A stretch of 64,000 nucleotides of DNA from Terriglobia bacterium. Its GTDB lineage: Bacteria > Acidobacteriota > Terriglobia > Versatilivoradales > Versatilivoraceae. Made by a program: the position numbers and the translations under genes. Of this stretch, positions 47,768 to 58,821 are shown piece after piece; the first letter of the stretch is position 1, and each line of letters begins with the position of its first letter. Below the pieces are notes generated by a model. It had not been told where the DNA came from, ran no database searches, and was given only the letters and a program-made list of their open reading frames with translations. The stretch covers positions 624,503 through 688,502 of the forward strand of contig OY762429.1 in assembly GCA_963665655.1 (NCBI GenBank), read 5' to 3'.

Positions 47768-50350
47768 TCACCCCTGATATCGTTCATCAGATGGATAATC
47801 CTGCAAAGCTGTTTCGATGGCGCCAATCACGTTCTCCGCACTCTGGTCGAGTTCTACCTTCTCTGACGTAGCGAAAATAGCACCAGGTGCCATCTGGGTC
47901 ATCGCTCTACAGAGGTCGCAGAGTTCGTCATCCGTTTGGTACTCGATGGGAGGCCGAAGATGAGAGAGCTCGACCCGGAGGGCAGAGTAGCGTACCGACG
48001 CTTTGTTGAACTTCTTCTGCAACTGGGCGATAGTCTCAACGATCTTGCGATAGGGAGGATTTTCGACAGACGACTTGCGGATAGATTCGACCCAATCAAA
48101 ACTCTGGTTGGGGAGGCTGCATTCTCTGAAAAGCTCACGTATCTTCCGAAGTCCTACCTGTTTGACGGGGCGCAACCGGACGAGCCGGGCAAGATCATCC
48201 ACTGTGAGGAGGGTAATTGTGCGGTTTTCTCCTGCAGCAGCTGACTTGCGCCTATCATCCTTGATAGATTGTCCGAGCGCTGAATTGTCCCCTTCAGAGG
48301 TTGGAAACGCCGGTCCTACAACAAGGGCATGATCGCATTTGTATTGGTCACGATGCCTAATTACTGCCGCGATGTCAGTATCTTTTGCGGAGGCCTTCGT
48401 GTTGCTCCTCTCTTTGCTCTTTGCCTCCAGGCTCACGGTGTAACGCTGAGGATTACCCTTGTCATCTGCCGGCAGGTGTGCGGTCGCCGCTCCGTCGGGG
48501 CGCCCCTTTTTGCCAAGAGGTGTCACGTCGAACCCGAGGCTGCGGAATGCGTTGCAAACGCTTTCCTCCAGACGGTCCGGGCTGTTGCGCGCTTCCAACA
48601 GCGTGTTGGCGACGGATAGTGCGCTCTTATGGCCTGACTCGTTGGCAAGATGGCGTAGAAGCTGATCGCGTGCTGAGAGAAATTCATCAATCTCGCTTGC
48701 CCTCACGGCGATCGAATGGAGATACGCTTCGGCAAGGACCTCAGCCATTGCAAACATCTCCAGTGGTTGTCCCAGTTTCTTGTTGGTGAATTCGTCATGG
48801 AACGTGGCTACGAAAGGGTGCCATCCATTCAATCGTAAAGCGCCCGATTCCGTGTCGAACCTGACGATCCCGTCGCGTGATGAACCTCCAAAGTCAATCG
48901 TGACACCTGTGACGAATCGCTCCGCGTTGGACGCCCGTTGCTCAAGGTCAAAGAGAAATGCTTCCCGCTCCTCCCTTGATTCGTGCCTCGGGACCATCAG
49001 GTGGCGGGCCTTACTCTTGCACTCCGCAACAGCTCGCGAGAGCTCAATGATCGGCCTACGTGTCAAGCTGGCCGGACTAGCGGCGAGCTTGCGAGCAAGC
49101 TTCTCACCTGGCTCTTCACCCTGATCGTGAATCTCGATCGCAGGACGCACCGCATTGAAGATCGCCCTAAGTACGTCCTGGGCCCTTTCGAGTAGCGGGC
49201 CCTCGCTAACTGCTTCCCGGTTCGACCGGAGCCCATCGTCCAGTCCGTCCATATGAACAACGAGACGGAAGCGCCCGAACGTACCGTGTCTCAACTCGTT
49301 AGGCGAAATTCCGAAGTGTCCATCGGAAACGTTGAGGAGCCGTCCGTAAACGTAAACAAAGAATCCATGACTCCGGCTGATTTCGTCCGATTTTCCAGTC
49401 AGCAGGTCCTTATACGCCTCTGCGTACCCTGTGATGCGCCCTAGTCCTGGGACATTGAGCCCGAAGCGATGCTCGCTAATCTCAGGCAGGCTCTTGTCCG
49501 GCGACTCCGTTATTCCCTTGGGGCTCGGACGCGGAAGTTCTACCAAGTCCTGCCCAAGGACCCAGCGCTTAAGTAAACCCTTACCTTGCTTGCTTGGTTC
49601 GAGCTTCTCGCCGTCTAACCAGATGCTGAAGTCAGGTCGCAAGGGCAGTGCAGTCCGCAAGACCCATCGGAGTACCCCCGGCCTTATCTCGTGGACCTTG
49701 TCTTTCAAAGCAGACATGATCCCAATCGTCCAAGAATCTGGACTGCCCTTCCCAAAGAGTACGGTATTTGCAGCCTGGAATGCGGGAGACTGAGTCCATG
49801 GGCTGACAGCCTGCTCCGCTTGAGCAGGGGTCAACTCGCGGAGCGCGATCCTTACCGGTGTCTTCGGCTCGACATTGTCATCAACACGCCTATCGATCTT
49901 GCGGTAGTTCATGGATGTGGAGTAGTATCTCGTGCCTCTCTTGCTGATGTGGGTCAAACGATTCGCAAGCACATAGGTCGCGAGCTTACCGATTCCAAAC
50001 TTCCCGATCTGCTGCCTACCGCGCGGCAGCACAGAACGCCGGCGTTTCCTGCTGACGCCAATCAGCCAGTGCTGCCTGAGTCCCTGCTGATTCATCCCTT
50101 CGCCATCATCAATCACCGCAATCGTCGCATCCTGCCTATGAAGGTTCGGTGAAAGAATCACATGCACGCCCAGAGCACCCGCGTCGAAGGAATTCGCCAC
50201 CAGTTCCTCTATGGCTTTGTTGGGACTGGTATACAAGCCTTCGGAGAACAACTCGACGATCCTATAGCTAAGGCGGACGTCGATTTTGCCGGTCTCGCTA
50301 CCAATGGAGGCAAATGTAGGCGCATTATCCAATTGAAACTCCTCCATCAC
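47768..50350 (-). CDS. GHKL (Bergerat-fold, MutL/Hsp90/MORC-like) ATPase fused to a C-terminal Mrr-like PD-(D/E)xK restriction-endonuclease domain.
   Basis: The N-terminus has EELVANSFDAGA...VIDDGEGM...GKFGIGK. The C-terminus has FRSLGFDV...RPDGAA...YTVSLEAKSK...ALVVGPAF. 860 aa. Confidence 0.8.
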   Translation of the reverse strand: MMEEFQLDNAPTFASIGSETGKIDVRLSYRIVELFSEGLYTSPNKAIEELVANSFDAGALGVHVILSPNLHRQDATIAVIDDGEGMNQQGLRQHWLIGVSRKRRRSVLPRGRQQIGKFGIGKLATYVLANRLTHISKRGTRYYSTSMNYRKIDRRVDDNVEPKTPVRIALRELTPAQAEQAVSPWTQSPAFQAANTVLFGKGSPDSWTIGIMSALKDKVHEIRPGVLRWVLRTALPLRPDFSIWLDGEKLEPSKQGKGLLKRWVLGQDLVELPRPSPKGITESPDKSLPEISEHRFGLNVPGLGRITGYAEAYKDLLTGKSDEISRSHGFFVYVYGRLLNVSDGHFGISPNELRHGTFGRFRLVVHMDGLDDGLRSNREAVSEGPLLERAQDVLRAIFNAVRPAIEIHDQGEEPGEKLARKLAASPASLTRRPIIELSRAVAECKSKARHLMVPRHESREEREAFLFDLEQRASNAERFVTGVTIDFGGSSRDGIVRFDTESGALRLNGWHPFVATFHDEFTNKKLGQPLEMFAMAEVLAEAYLHSIAVRASEIDEFLSARDQLLRHLANESGHKSALSVANTLLEARNSPDRLEESVCNAFRSLGFDVTPLGKKGRPDGAATAHLPADDKGNPQRYTVSLEAKSKERSNTKASAKDTDIAAVIRHRDQYKCDHALVVGPAFPTSEGDNSALGQSIKDDRRKSAAAGENRTITLLTVDDLARLVRLRPVKQVGLRKIRELFRECSLPNQSFDWVESIRKSSVENPPYRKIVETIAQLQKKFNKASVRYSALRVELSHLRPPIEYQTDDELCDLCRAMTQMAPGAIFATSEKVELDQSAENVIGAIETALQDYPSDERYQG

Positions 50351-51506
50351 TCAGGAGACTCAGTTTTTTCACCTGAACCTCCCCTGTCATCAGTTTGTAC
50401 AGTAGTGCCTTGAAAAGATCGCAGAGCACTGCGCTCTTTCTTCGGTGCAAGTTAATCTTGCGGTCAATAGCCTCAAGGACCGCGGCGATTTCGCGCTGCT
50501 CGTCAATTCGCGGTAGCGGGATTTTGTGCTCATTAATCACGCCTTGCGTTATCAGCGGTTGCCCCGCCATTCGCCTGAATCGGTTGAGATTGTAATATTC
50601 GAGAAAAGCCGCAATAAACGCTACGTCCGCATTGTAGTTATGCCACTCCTTCGCGTAGAGCGCATTATCAGTCACCCAAACTTTGCCGGATGCAATATGC
50701 ACCGCACCGCAGTACTCACCTACTCGTCCAATGATAAGGGCCTGCGGCACATCCAAATACCATTCGCTGGCGAACCCCATCACGCCATTGCCACCAAGAA
50801 CAGGAAACGGCTTCTCATCATTCGGGAGATTCGACAAGGTACTCGGCCGCTTTTTTCCACTTGTTAGTCTGAAAATCTGGTCACAAGGAGTTAATATCCA
50901 ACTCTTCGGTATCAGCCCGATTTCGGTTCCCTTCTGCGGCTCGCCCCGCAGGCCGCTCGTGAACAGCGTCTGCACTGCGGCGCGTTTGAGGGTCTGGCCT
51001 TGCTCGACCAACTTCTCTGATCGGCGGATCGCCTCATGGGCGAGCCAAAGCAGGTCGGCAATCCGCCGCTGTTCATCGACCGTGAAGGCGGGCACTTCAA
51101 AGTTGCGTACGTGCGCCCATGACGTTCTCGGATGCTGGACGCCCGTAGTTCCCGCGACGGCGTGCTCCAGGAAGCCATCTGAATGAGCAACCGTAGCCAA
51201 GAATCTCGGGTTCACATCCTCTTTGGCCCGGAGCACCAGCAACTCCGTCGTGCAGACACCCGGCTCGTCAGCCAATATGGCCTTGTCGAGATAGGGACGG
51301 AGCTTTCCGTATAGCACGTCACCGGGTTGGAACGCGGAGGTGGCGCTTCGCATCTCCGAGGCCCGACCGCCGCCAATTCGAACCAGCCGCCCGGAAGCAA
51401 GATTTTCCAGACCAAGATAGAGCGCATCCGGCCGCTCACCGGGTTTGACCGGCTCCCTGACCAGGTCGCACAGGTCAGCGAGGCGAACCGTTTTCCTTGC
51501 AGTCAC
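50325..51506 (-). CDS. hsdS: Type I R-M specificity subunit, with two target-recognition domains.
   Basis: 393 aa with a typical HsdS N-terminus and central conserved region. Confidence 0.85.
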   Translation of the reverse strand: MTARKTVRLADLCDLVREPVKPGERPDALYLGLENLASGRLVRIGGGRASEMRSATSAFQPGDVLYGKLRPYLDKAILADEPGVCTTELLVLRAKEDVNPRFLATVAHSDGFLEHAVAGTTGVQHPRTSWAHVRNFEVPAFTVDEQRRIADLLWLAHEAIRRSEKLVEQGQTLKRAAVQTLFTSGLRGEPQKGTEIGLIPKSWILTPCDQIFRLTSGKKRPSTLSNLPNDEKPFPVLGGNGVMGFASEWYLDVPQALIIGRVGEYCGAVHIASGKVWVTDNALYAKEWHNYNADVAFIAAFLEYYNLNRFRRMAGQPLITQGVINEHKIPLPRIDEQREIAAVLEAIDRKINLHRRKSAVLCDLFKALLYKLMTGEVQVKKLSLLSDGGVSIG

Positions 51507-51874
51507 GCCAGCCCCTTCAACCGCACGGCCGGCAGTCTATTCAACTGCTGACTTCGCGGGTCCACCTCGATGCCGACGGACTCCAGCGCCGTCACGCCCA
51601 GCAGCGGCTCTGCGTCAGATTCGCCGAAGATGACTGTCCCGCCGACGAATTCACCCATGAACTCAATCTTGGCGACGGTGACATCCACCGTGATCTCGCT
51701 CCCATCGGCCAGTTCATAGATGCGCTTCCCCTCTGGCTTGAGGCCAATGGCTTCCAGGTGAGGCCTAGGCACCAAGGAATCGGTGACCCCTGTGTCAACC
51801 AGAAACAGACCCTCCCAAAACCGGTCCGGCTCCGCGGGGTTGGTAATCCTGACCGTTACGTGCGTCGCTCCCAT
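51503..51874 (-). CDS. Retropepsin-like (clan AA) aspartic protease (LVDTGVTDSLV), 123 aa. It lies between hsdM and hsdS with a 4-bp overlap.
   Basis: DTG motif in a small single-domain protein. Confidence 0.65.
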   Translation of the reverse strand: MGATHVTVRITNPAEPDRFWEGLFLVDTGVTDSLVPRPHLEAIGLKPEGKRIYELADGSEITVDVTVAKIEFMGEFVGGTVIFGESDAEPLLGVTALESVGIEVDPRSQQLNRLPAVRLKGLA

Positions 51875-51909
51875 GTTCCTTCCTCCCTTCGCTCCCGAGT
51901 ATCCATAGT

Positions 51910-53742
<1,833 letters not shown>

Positions 53743-53994
53743 ATATGCTTTATAACAAATATAGCAGAGTTTGCCAAGAGATTTTCTTCGAGCCAAGGAT
53801 GAGCGCCGAAGGGGATATCGGCGTGGACAGAATGCGGGCGGGACGCCCGCGCTCCCGGGGGATACCGCCCGTCGGGCACTTCTCAAAGACCTGACGCGGC
53901 ACACGAGCGTCCCGGCATTGATAATCCCGGGCGTTGCTGCCATAATGGCGGCGTCGTGCATGTGCTTTGGGGGATTGTTCAGGGAGGTTTCTCG

Positions 53995-54393
53995 ATGGCG
54001 GGTCCGATGATCGACGAGGTGGAGGAAATCGTTGCCAACGCGGGTTACGAGGTGGTCAAGGTCGAGGGCGATACCCTTCAGATCAGGGACATCGAGAGCG
54101 GGATCTCGGTCTCCTGCGTGCTGGAGCAGGACATTCTCTACAACACGGTCTCCTGCCGGGTGGTGGATGCGGGCTCGGTCACCCCTGCCTTGATGGCCCG
54201 CATGCTGGATGCCCAGAACGGCATCTCCACCTCCAGCTTCCAGCTTTACGACCTGGGGAACGGCAAGACGGCCATCACCCTGAACAACTTTGCCAAGCTG
54301 CAGAGCCTGGGCGAGGACGATCGGGACGACATCCTCTCCTGCATCAGCTTCCTGGTCGGTGATGTCTGCGAGGCCAGGGACCTGCTGGAATAG
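53995..54393 (+). CDS. Small YbjN-like / putative sensory-transduction-regulator domain protein. It lies directly upstream of pspA.
   Basis: 133 aa. ATG at 53995, preceded by AGGGAGG. Confidence 0.5.
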   Translation: MAGPMIDEVEEIVANAGYEVVKVEGDTLQIRDIESGISVSCVLEQDILYNTVSCRVVDAGSVTPALMARMLDAQNGISTSSFQLYDLGNGKTAITLNNFAKLQSLGEDDRDDILSCISFLVGDVCEARDLLE

Positions 54394-54440
54394 CCTCGGA
54401 GCGCCCGGCCCGCATTTCATACCATAAGGAGTCGACAACC

Positions 54441-55127
54441 ATGGGGATCCTGGACAGATTGTTTCGAGTCAGCAAGGGCAAGCTCAACGAAGGCGTCGAC
54501 AAGCTGGAGGACGCCACCTTCGAGTCGACCTTGCGGCAGAGCATTCGGGACATGGAGGACCAGCTTCACCGGGTGATCCGGTCCGCCGCCGATGCCATGA
54601 GCAACTGCAATCGCCTCGAAGCCGAGTACGGCAAGCACCTGCAGCAGTCCAAGGACTGGGAAGGCAAGGCCAGGAAGGCCCTGCTGGCCGGTAACGAGGA
54701 CCTGGCCAGGAAGGCCCTGGCCAAGAAGACCGAATGCGACCAGCAGGCGGCATCTCTCAAGGATGCGGTGGATCAGGGCGTGGCCGCCCGCGACAAGCTC
54801 AAGAACCAGGTGGAGCAGCTCCGCCGCAAGATCGACGAGTCCAAGCGCAAGGCCAGCACGCTGATCGCCAGAAAGAACGCCGCCAACGCCCAGAAGAAGA
54901 TGGCCCAGGTGATGAGCGGTCTGGGAACCGATGACAACGCCTTTGCGTCCATTTCGCGGTTCGAGGAGGCCGTCAACAAGGAAGAAGCCACCGCCAAGGC
55001 CTATGAGAACATGTCGGTCGGCGCCGACCCCGATCTGGAAAAAGAGTTTGCCGCCCTGGACGTCTCCACCACCGACAGCGAACTGGACAGGCTGAAGGCC
55101 GAAGTGGAGGCCTCCAAGAGGCCTTAG
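54441..55127 (+). CDS. pspA: PspA/IM30 family protein (phage-shock protein A / Vipp1-like).
   Basis: Long coiled coils with the typical [11 protein letters not shown]-terminus. 228 aa. Confidence 0.9.
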   Translation: MGILDRLFRVSKGKLNEGVDKLEDATFESTLRQSIRDMEDQLHRVIRSAADAMSNCNRLEAEYGKHLQQSKDWEGKARKALLAGNEDLARKALAKKTECDQQAASLKDAVDQGVAARDKLKNQVEQLRRKIDESKRKASTLIARKNAANAQKKMAQVMSGLGTDDNAFASISRFEEAVNKEEATAKAYENMSVGADPDLEKEFAALDVSTTDSELDRLKAEVEASKRP

Positions 55128-55140
55128 CCCGCATCTCGCC

Positions 55141-55758
55141 ATGACCGAAGTCCTCATCCTGATCCTGCTGGGCCTGGCGGGCTATCTCCTCTACAGGGCG
55201 CTTCGCAGGAAAAAGCCCAAGGCGGAGGCCTTGCCTCACAGAGCCGACCTGGCCAACCTCACCATCAAGGATGCAACCCGGGGGGACAACATCATCCTTT
55301 CCGGAGCCGGCCAGTCCTACGAAGACCTCTCCTTTACCGTGGACCGGCTGAACCGCTACGAGTCCGACGGCGAGCAGTGGTTCGAGTTGAGCGGCTTCAG
55401 CGCCGGCAAGAGGGTTTTCCTGGAGTGGTCCGAGGACGACGAACTGGAAGTCACCCTTCAAAGGCAGGGCGGTCTGCACCTGGAAGCCATCGGGGTCACC
55501 GAGGAAGACCTGGCCCAAATGGACGAGGAGAGGTCGCGGTCCCGATTCATCGAGTATCAGGGCAAGCGATGGAACTACCGGGAAAGCGCCGAGGCCGGTT
55601 ACTTCAAGGACGACGGGCCGGATGGCGAGGGCTTCTACTACTGGAAGTTTGACTGCGACGAGCTTCAGCTCTTCATCGAGAAGTACGAGGGCGACCCCTT
55701 CGAGGCCGGCATCTCGGAAAGGATCGACGCCGGCCGGGTCAGAATCTTCCGGGCCTAG
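55141..55758 (+). CDS. DUF4178-domain protein with an N-terminal transmembrane helix.
   Basis: 205 aa. It matches the known PspA-neighbourhood partner. Confidence 0.7.
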   Translation: MTEVLILILLGLAGYLLYRALRRKKPKAEALPHRADLANLTIKDATRGDNIILSGAGQSYEDLSFTVDRLNRYESDGEQWFELSGFSAGKRVFLEWSEDDELEVTLQRQGGLHLEAIGVTEEDLAQMDEERSRSRFIEYQGKRWNYRESAEAGYFKDDGPDGEGFYYWKFDCDELQLFIEKYEGDPFEAGISERIDAGRVRIFRA

Positions 55759-55779
55759 CCGGTTATTGCCACCGGCAGG

Positions 55780-56430
55780 GTGCGACCGCCACGGTCTCTA
55801 CCCCGCAGACTTCACCACAGGAATCGAGAGACGGTGCAGCAATCATCTTCCCTGTCATGCGCCGGGCGACCGGCTGAGCATTACGGTCCGGCGCTCGCCT
55901 TACCCTACCAGGACACCTCGCACCGGAACCTGCGACTCTGCCTGTTTCGGGGAGCCATCGACCTCACCCGCTTCAAGGTCGTATCCTCGGCCGTCCTGCG
56001 CCACCTCGACATGGACTTCGAGGTTCATGTGATCGGGGCCAGCCACCTGGTACGCTGCGGGCGCTGGTCGGAACTGCTCTCCTGCGCCGGCGGCAGCGAG
56101 ATGGCGCCTGTCTTTGCCCTGGGACCGGACTTCTCCGGCCGGCAACCCTTCCGCTACCTGGACGGGAACCTCCGCTTCGAGTTCGAGATCGGGCTCCTGT
56201 CGACCGGAGGGGCCTCGGGGCCGGATCGGCTGGATCGAGCGCAGGCCCGGATCAGCCGCTATCCGGTCCACCTGGCTTCGGAGTTTGCGGCCGAAAGTGC
56301 CGGCCACCGCCCGCCGCTGACCTGCCTGGGGGTGCGCCCACTGGAGCGGGGGCTGGAAGTGAGTTCCCTGCACTACTATCCCCAGGAGTCCACGGGGGTC
56401 TTGAGCCTGTCGGTGACGACGGTTCGGTAG
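55780..56430 (+). CDS. Hypothetical protein. Strong GC3 bias supports coding. The start is uncertain (annotated GTG at 55780; an alternative ATG near 56008).
   Basis: GC3-rich frame. The stop lies 10 bp before the next gene, which has a GGAGGAG ribosome-binding site. Confidence 0.4.
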   Translation: MRPPRSLPRRLHHRNRETVQQSSSLSCAGRPAEHYGPALALPYQDTSHRNLRLCLFRGAIDLTRFKVVSSAVLRHLDMDFEVHVIGASHLVRCGRWSELLSCAGGSEMAPVFALGPDFSGRQPFRYLDGNLRFEFEIGLLSTGGASGPDRLDRAQARISRYPVHLASEFAAESAGHRPPLTCLGVRPLERGLEVSSLHYYPQESTGVLSLSVTTVR

Positions 56431-56440
56431 GAGGAGAACC

Positions 56441-57880
56441 ATGGACAGACAATCCCTGCTCTACGCCTCGGCCGGAATAGCCGTGCTGGCTCTCCTGGTG
56501 GTGGTTCTCACCTACGCGGGCGGAGGGTTGAACCCGCAGACCCAAGCCGGCCTGGCCACGGCGGAGCAGTTGCTGAACACCTCGCGGGCCAATGTTGGCG
56601 AGCTGAGCCGCGAGGCACGCTCCCTGATCGACTCCATGACCGGGCTGCCCCGGTCCAGGCGGGAGCAGTGGATGGCCCGACTGAACCAATCGGAAAAGGA
56701 CCTGGAATCTGCCGCCAACGAGCTGGCACAGGCCGCGGAACTGGCCGCCCAGGACGACGATGAACTGCGGGTGGAGATCGAACGCCGCACCGACCAGGCC
56801 AGGCAGAAGCGGACCCAGGCATTGCAGGCCGCCAGCGAGATACTGGATGTGGCCAGGACCGTCAGCGAGGTGGACAAGAATCGCAGCCGCTACGTCGGGG
56901 AGGCTCGTGCCGGCTATCGCCAGATCGCCGCCTACCGCCCCGCCAGCATCGCCGGCGCTCGGAGAGCCATGATCGACTGGCCCGAGAAAAAAGCCGACTT
57001 GAGCCAGGCCGTCCAACAGATGGCTGACGTCAAGGCCCGGTCGGAGTCCCTGTGGAAGGAACGCTCCCGGGCCATCGCTGCCCCTGACGCCGATGCCTTG
57101 CTGATTCTGGAGACCCGCCAGAACCTCGAGGCCGACGGGCTGCAACTGGCGCGGCTGGACAGCCAGCTCGGCCAGAAGGTGGGTCAGCTCTACCTCTCCT
57201 GGGACAGGATCCTGGTGGACATGGACATCCGGGAAGGGGAGACCCTGACCCTGCACCACAAGTACAAGACGGTGACGGTTCAAATCCAGGATCCCCAGAA
57301 GAAGCAAGGCGCCCACTCCGAAAGCGAGGCCTGGGTCCAGGTTTCCAAAGCCACCTTCGACGCCCTGGAAGACAAGCTGGGGATGTCGGTAGCCCGCAAG
57401 CCGGCCGGGAAATACGAGGAAGAAGCCGAATCCCTGGCCCAGCCGGCCGGTTATTCCTACCTGGCGCCCCCGGGGCAGAGCAACCAGTACGGGCAATGGC
57501 GCCGGGACAGCCACGGCGGTTCCTTCTGGGTCTTTTACGGCCAGTACATGTTCATGCGCTCCATGTTCTGGGGACCCGCCTACCAGCCCATCCTGCCCCG
57601 TGACTACACGGACTATCGCCGATCCTACACCTCGGGCAGAACCTGGTACGGCCGCACCGCCGCCGGTCGTCCTCGCTACGGCACCAACAGCCGGACGACG
57701 GCTTCCACCTATCGCTCCTCCCGCTACGTGCGGAGCGGGGGCTATCGAAACTCCTATTACAAGCGGAGCGGCGGCAACCTCAGGGGGTATCGATCTTCTC
57801 GATATCGCGCCGCCGGCGCCGGCGGACGGGGCGGCTCCTATCGTTCTCGGGGCAGTCGCTCCTTTTTTGGAGGCAAGTGA
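56441..57880 (+). CDS. Membrane-anchored coiled-coil protein with a C-terminal low-complexity tail rich in R, Y, S and G (…RYGTNSRTTASTYRSSRYVRSGGYRNSYYKRSGGNLRGYRSSRYRAAGAGGRGGSYRSRGSRSFFGGK).
   Basis: 479 aa. N-terminal transmembrane segment. Q/E/A-rich helices. Unassigned family. Confidence 0.55.
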   Translation: MDRQSLLYASAGIAVLALLVVVLTYAGGGLNPQTQAGLATAEQLLNTSRANVGELSREARSLIDSMTGLPRSRREQWMARLNQSEKDLESAANELAQAAELAAQDDDELRVEIERRTDQARQKRTQALQAASEILDVARTVSEVDKNRSRYVGEARAGYRQIAAYRPASIAGARRAMIDWPEKKADLSQAVQQMADVKARSESLWKERSRAIAAPDADALLILETRQNLEADGLQLARLDSQLGQKVGQLYLSWDRILVDMDIREGETLTLHHKYKTVTVQIQDPQKKQGAHSESEAWVQVSKATFDALEDKLGMSVARKPAGKYEEEAESLAQPAGYSYLAPPGQSNQYGQWRRDSHGGSFWVFYGQYMFMRSMFWGPAYQPILPRDYTDYRRSYTSGRTWYGRTAAGRPRYGTNSRTTASTYRSSRYVRSGGYRNSYYKRSGGNLRGYRSSRYRAAGAGGRGGSYRSRGSRSFFGGK

Positions 57881-58767
57881 CCATGGACTGGATCGAACTG
57901 GGAGTCAGCCTGTGCTACGTGGTTCTCGGCGCGGTCATTCTGATGATCGCCAAGTTCGTCAACGACCTGCTCACGCCCTACCCCCTCGACGAGGAGCTGA
58001 CGGTCCGGGACAACCCCGCCATCGGGCTGAGCCTGACCGGCTATTACGCCGGGGTCATGATCATCTTCCTGGGCGCCTCCAGCGGAACCGAGGCCGACCT
58101 GCTCAATCTCGACCGGCTTCTTCCCGAACTGGGGGTGGTGGCCGCCTACGCCCTGGGCGGAATCGCCCTCCTCAATCTGGGCAGAAAGCTCCTGGACAGG
58201 CTGGTGCTGCGCCAATTCAGCATCTACCAGGAACTGGTCCGAGACAGAAACGTCGGGACCGGAGCCGTGCTGTGCGGGGCCTATATCGCCACCGCTCTCA
58301 TCCTGGCGGGAGGGATCTACGGCGAGATTCCCCCCGAATCCGCCTTTGCCGGAGCCTGGACCGGTCCCATCACCGCCCTGTGCTACTTCGTTGCAGGCCA
58401 GGTGACACTGGTCCTCTTCTCCATCTTCTACCAGTGGATCACCCGCTACGACATTCACGACGAGATCGAGAAGGACAACCCGGCGGCGGGGGTGGCTTTC
58501 GGCGGCAACATGGTCGCCCTGGGCATCCTGCTGCTCAAGGCAAGCGCCCACCACTTCGAATCCTTCAGCGCCAGTCTCACCGAATACGCCAGCCTGGCGG
58601 CGGTCGGCTTCGTGGCCCTCTTCCTGTTGCGTGAACTGGTCGACCACGCGCTGCTGCCGCGGACCCGCATCGCCCACGAAATCGCGGTCGACAGAAACCT
58701 GGGAGCCGCCTGGATCGAGGCGGTGGTGGCCATCGGCATGGCGTCCATCCTCTTTTTCATGCTGTAG
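57877..58767 (+). CDS. Tandem DUF350-domain integral membrane protein.
   Basis: 296 aa with two repeats of the DUF350 four-transmembrane unit. ATGA overlap with the upstream gene. Confidence 0.75.
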   Translation: MTMDWIELGVSLCYVVLGAVILMIAKFVNDLLTPYPLDEELTVRDNPAIGLSLTGYYAGVMIIFLGASSGTEADLLNLDRLLPELGVVAAYALGGIALLNLGRKLLDRLVLRQFSIYQELVRDRNVGTGAVLCGAYIATALILAGGIYGEIPPESAFAGAWTGPITALCYFVAGQVTLVLFSIFYQWITRYDIHDEIEKDNPAAGVAFGGNMVALGILLLKASAHHFESFSASLTEYASLAAVGFVALFLLRELVDHALLPRTRIAHEIAVDRNLGAAWIEAVVAIGMASILFFML

Positions 58768-58821
58768 CCCGCACGGCACCGGCCGCCCGGCGAGCCATGC
58801 AGGGTAGACCCTTATTTCACC

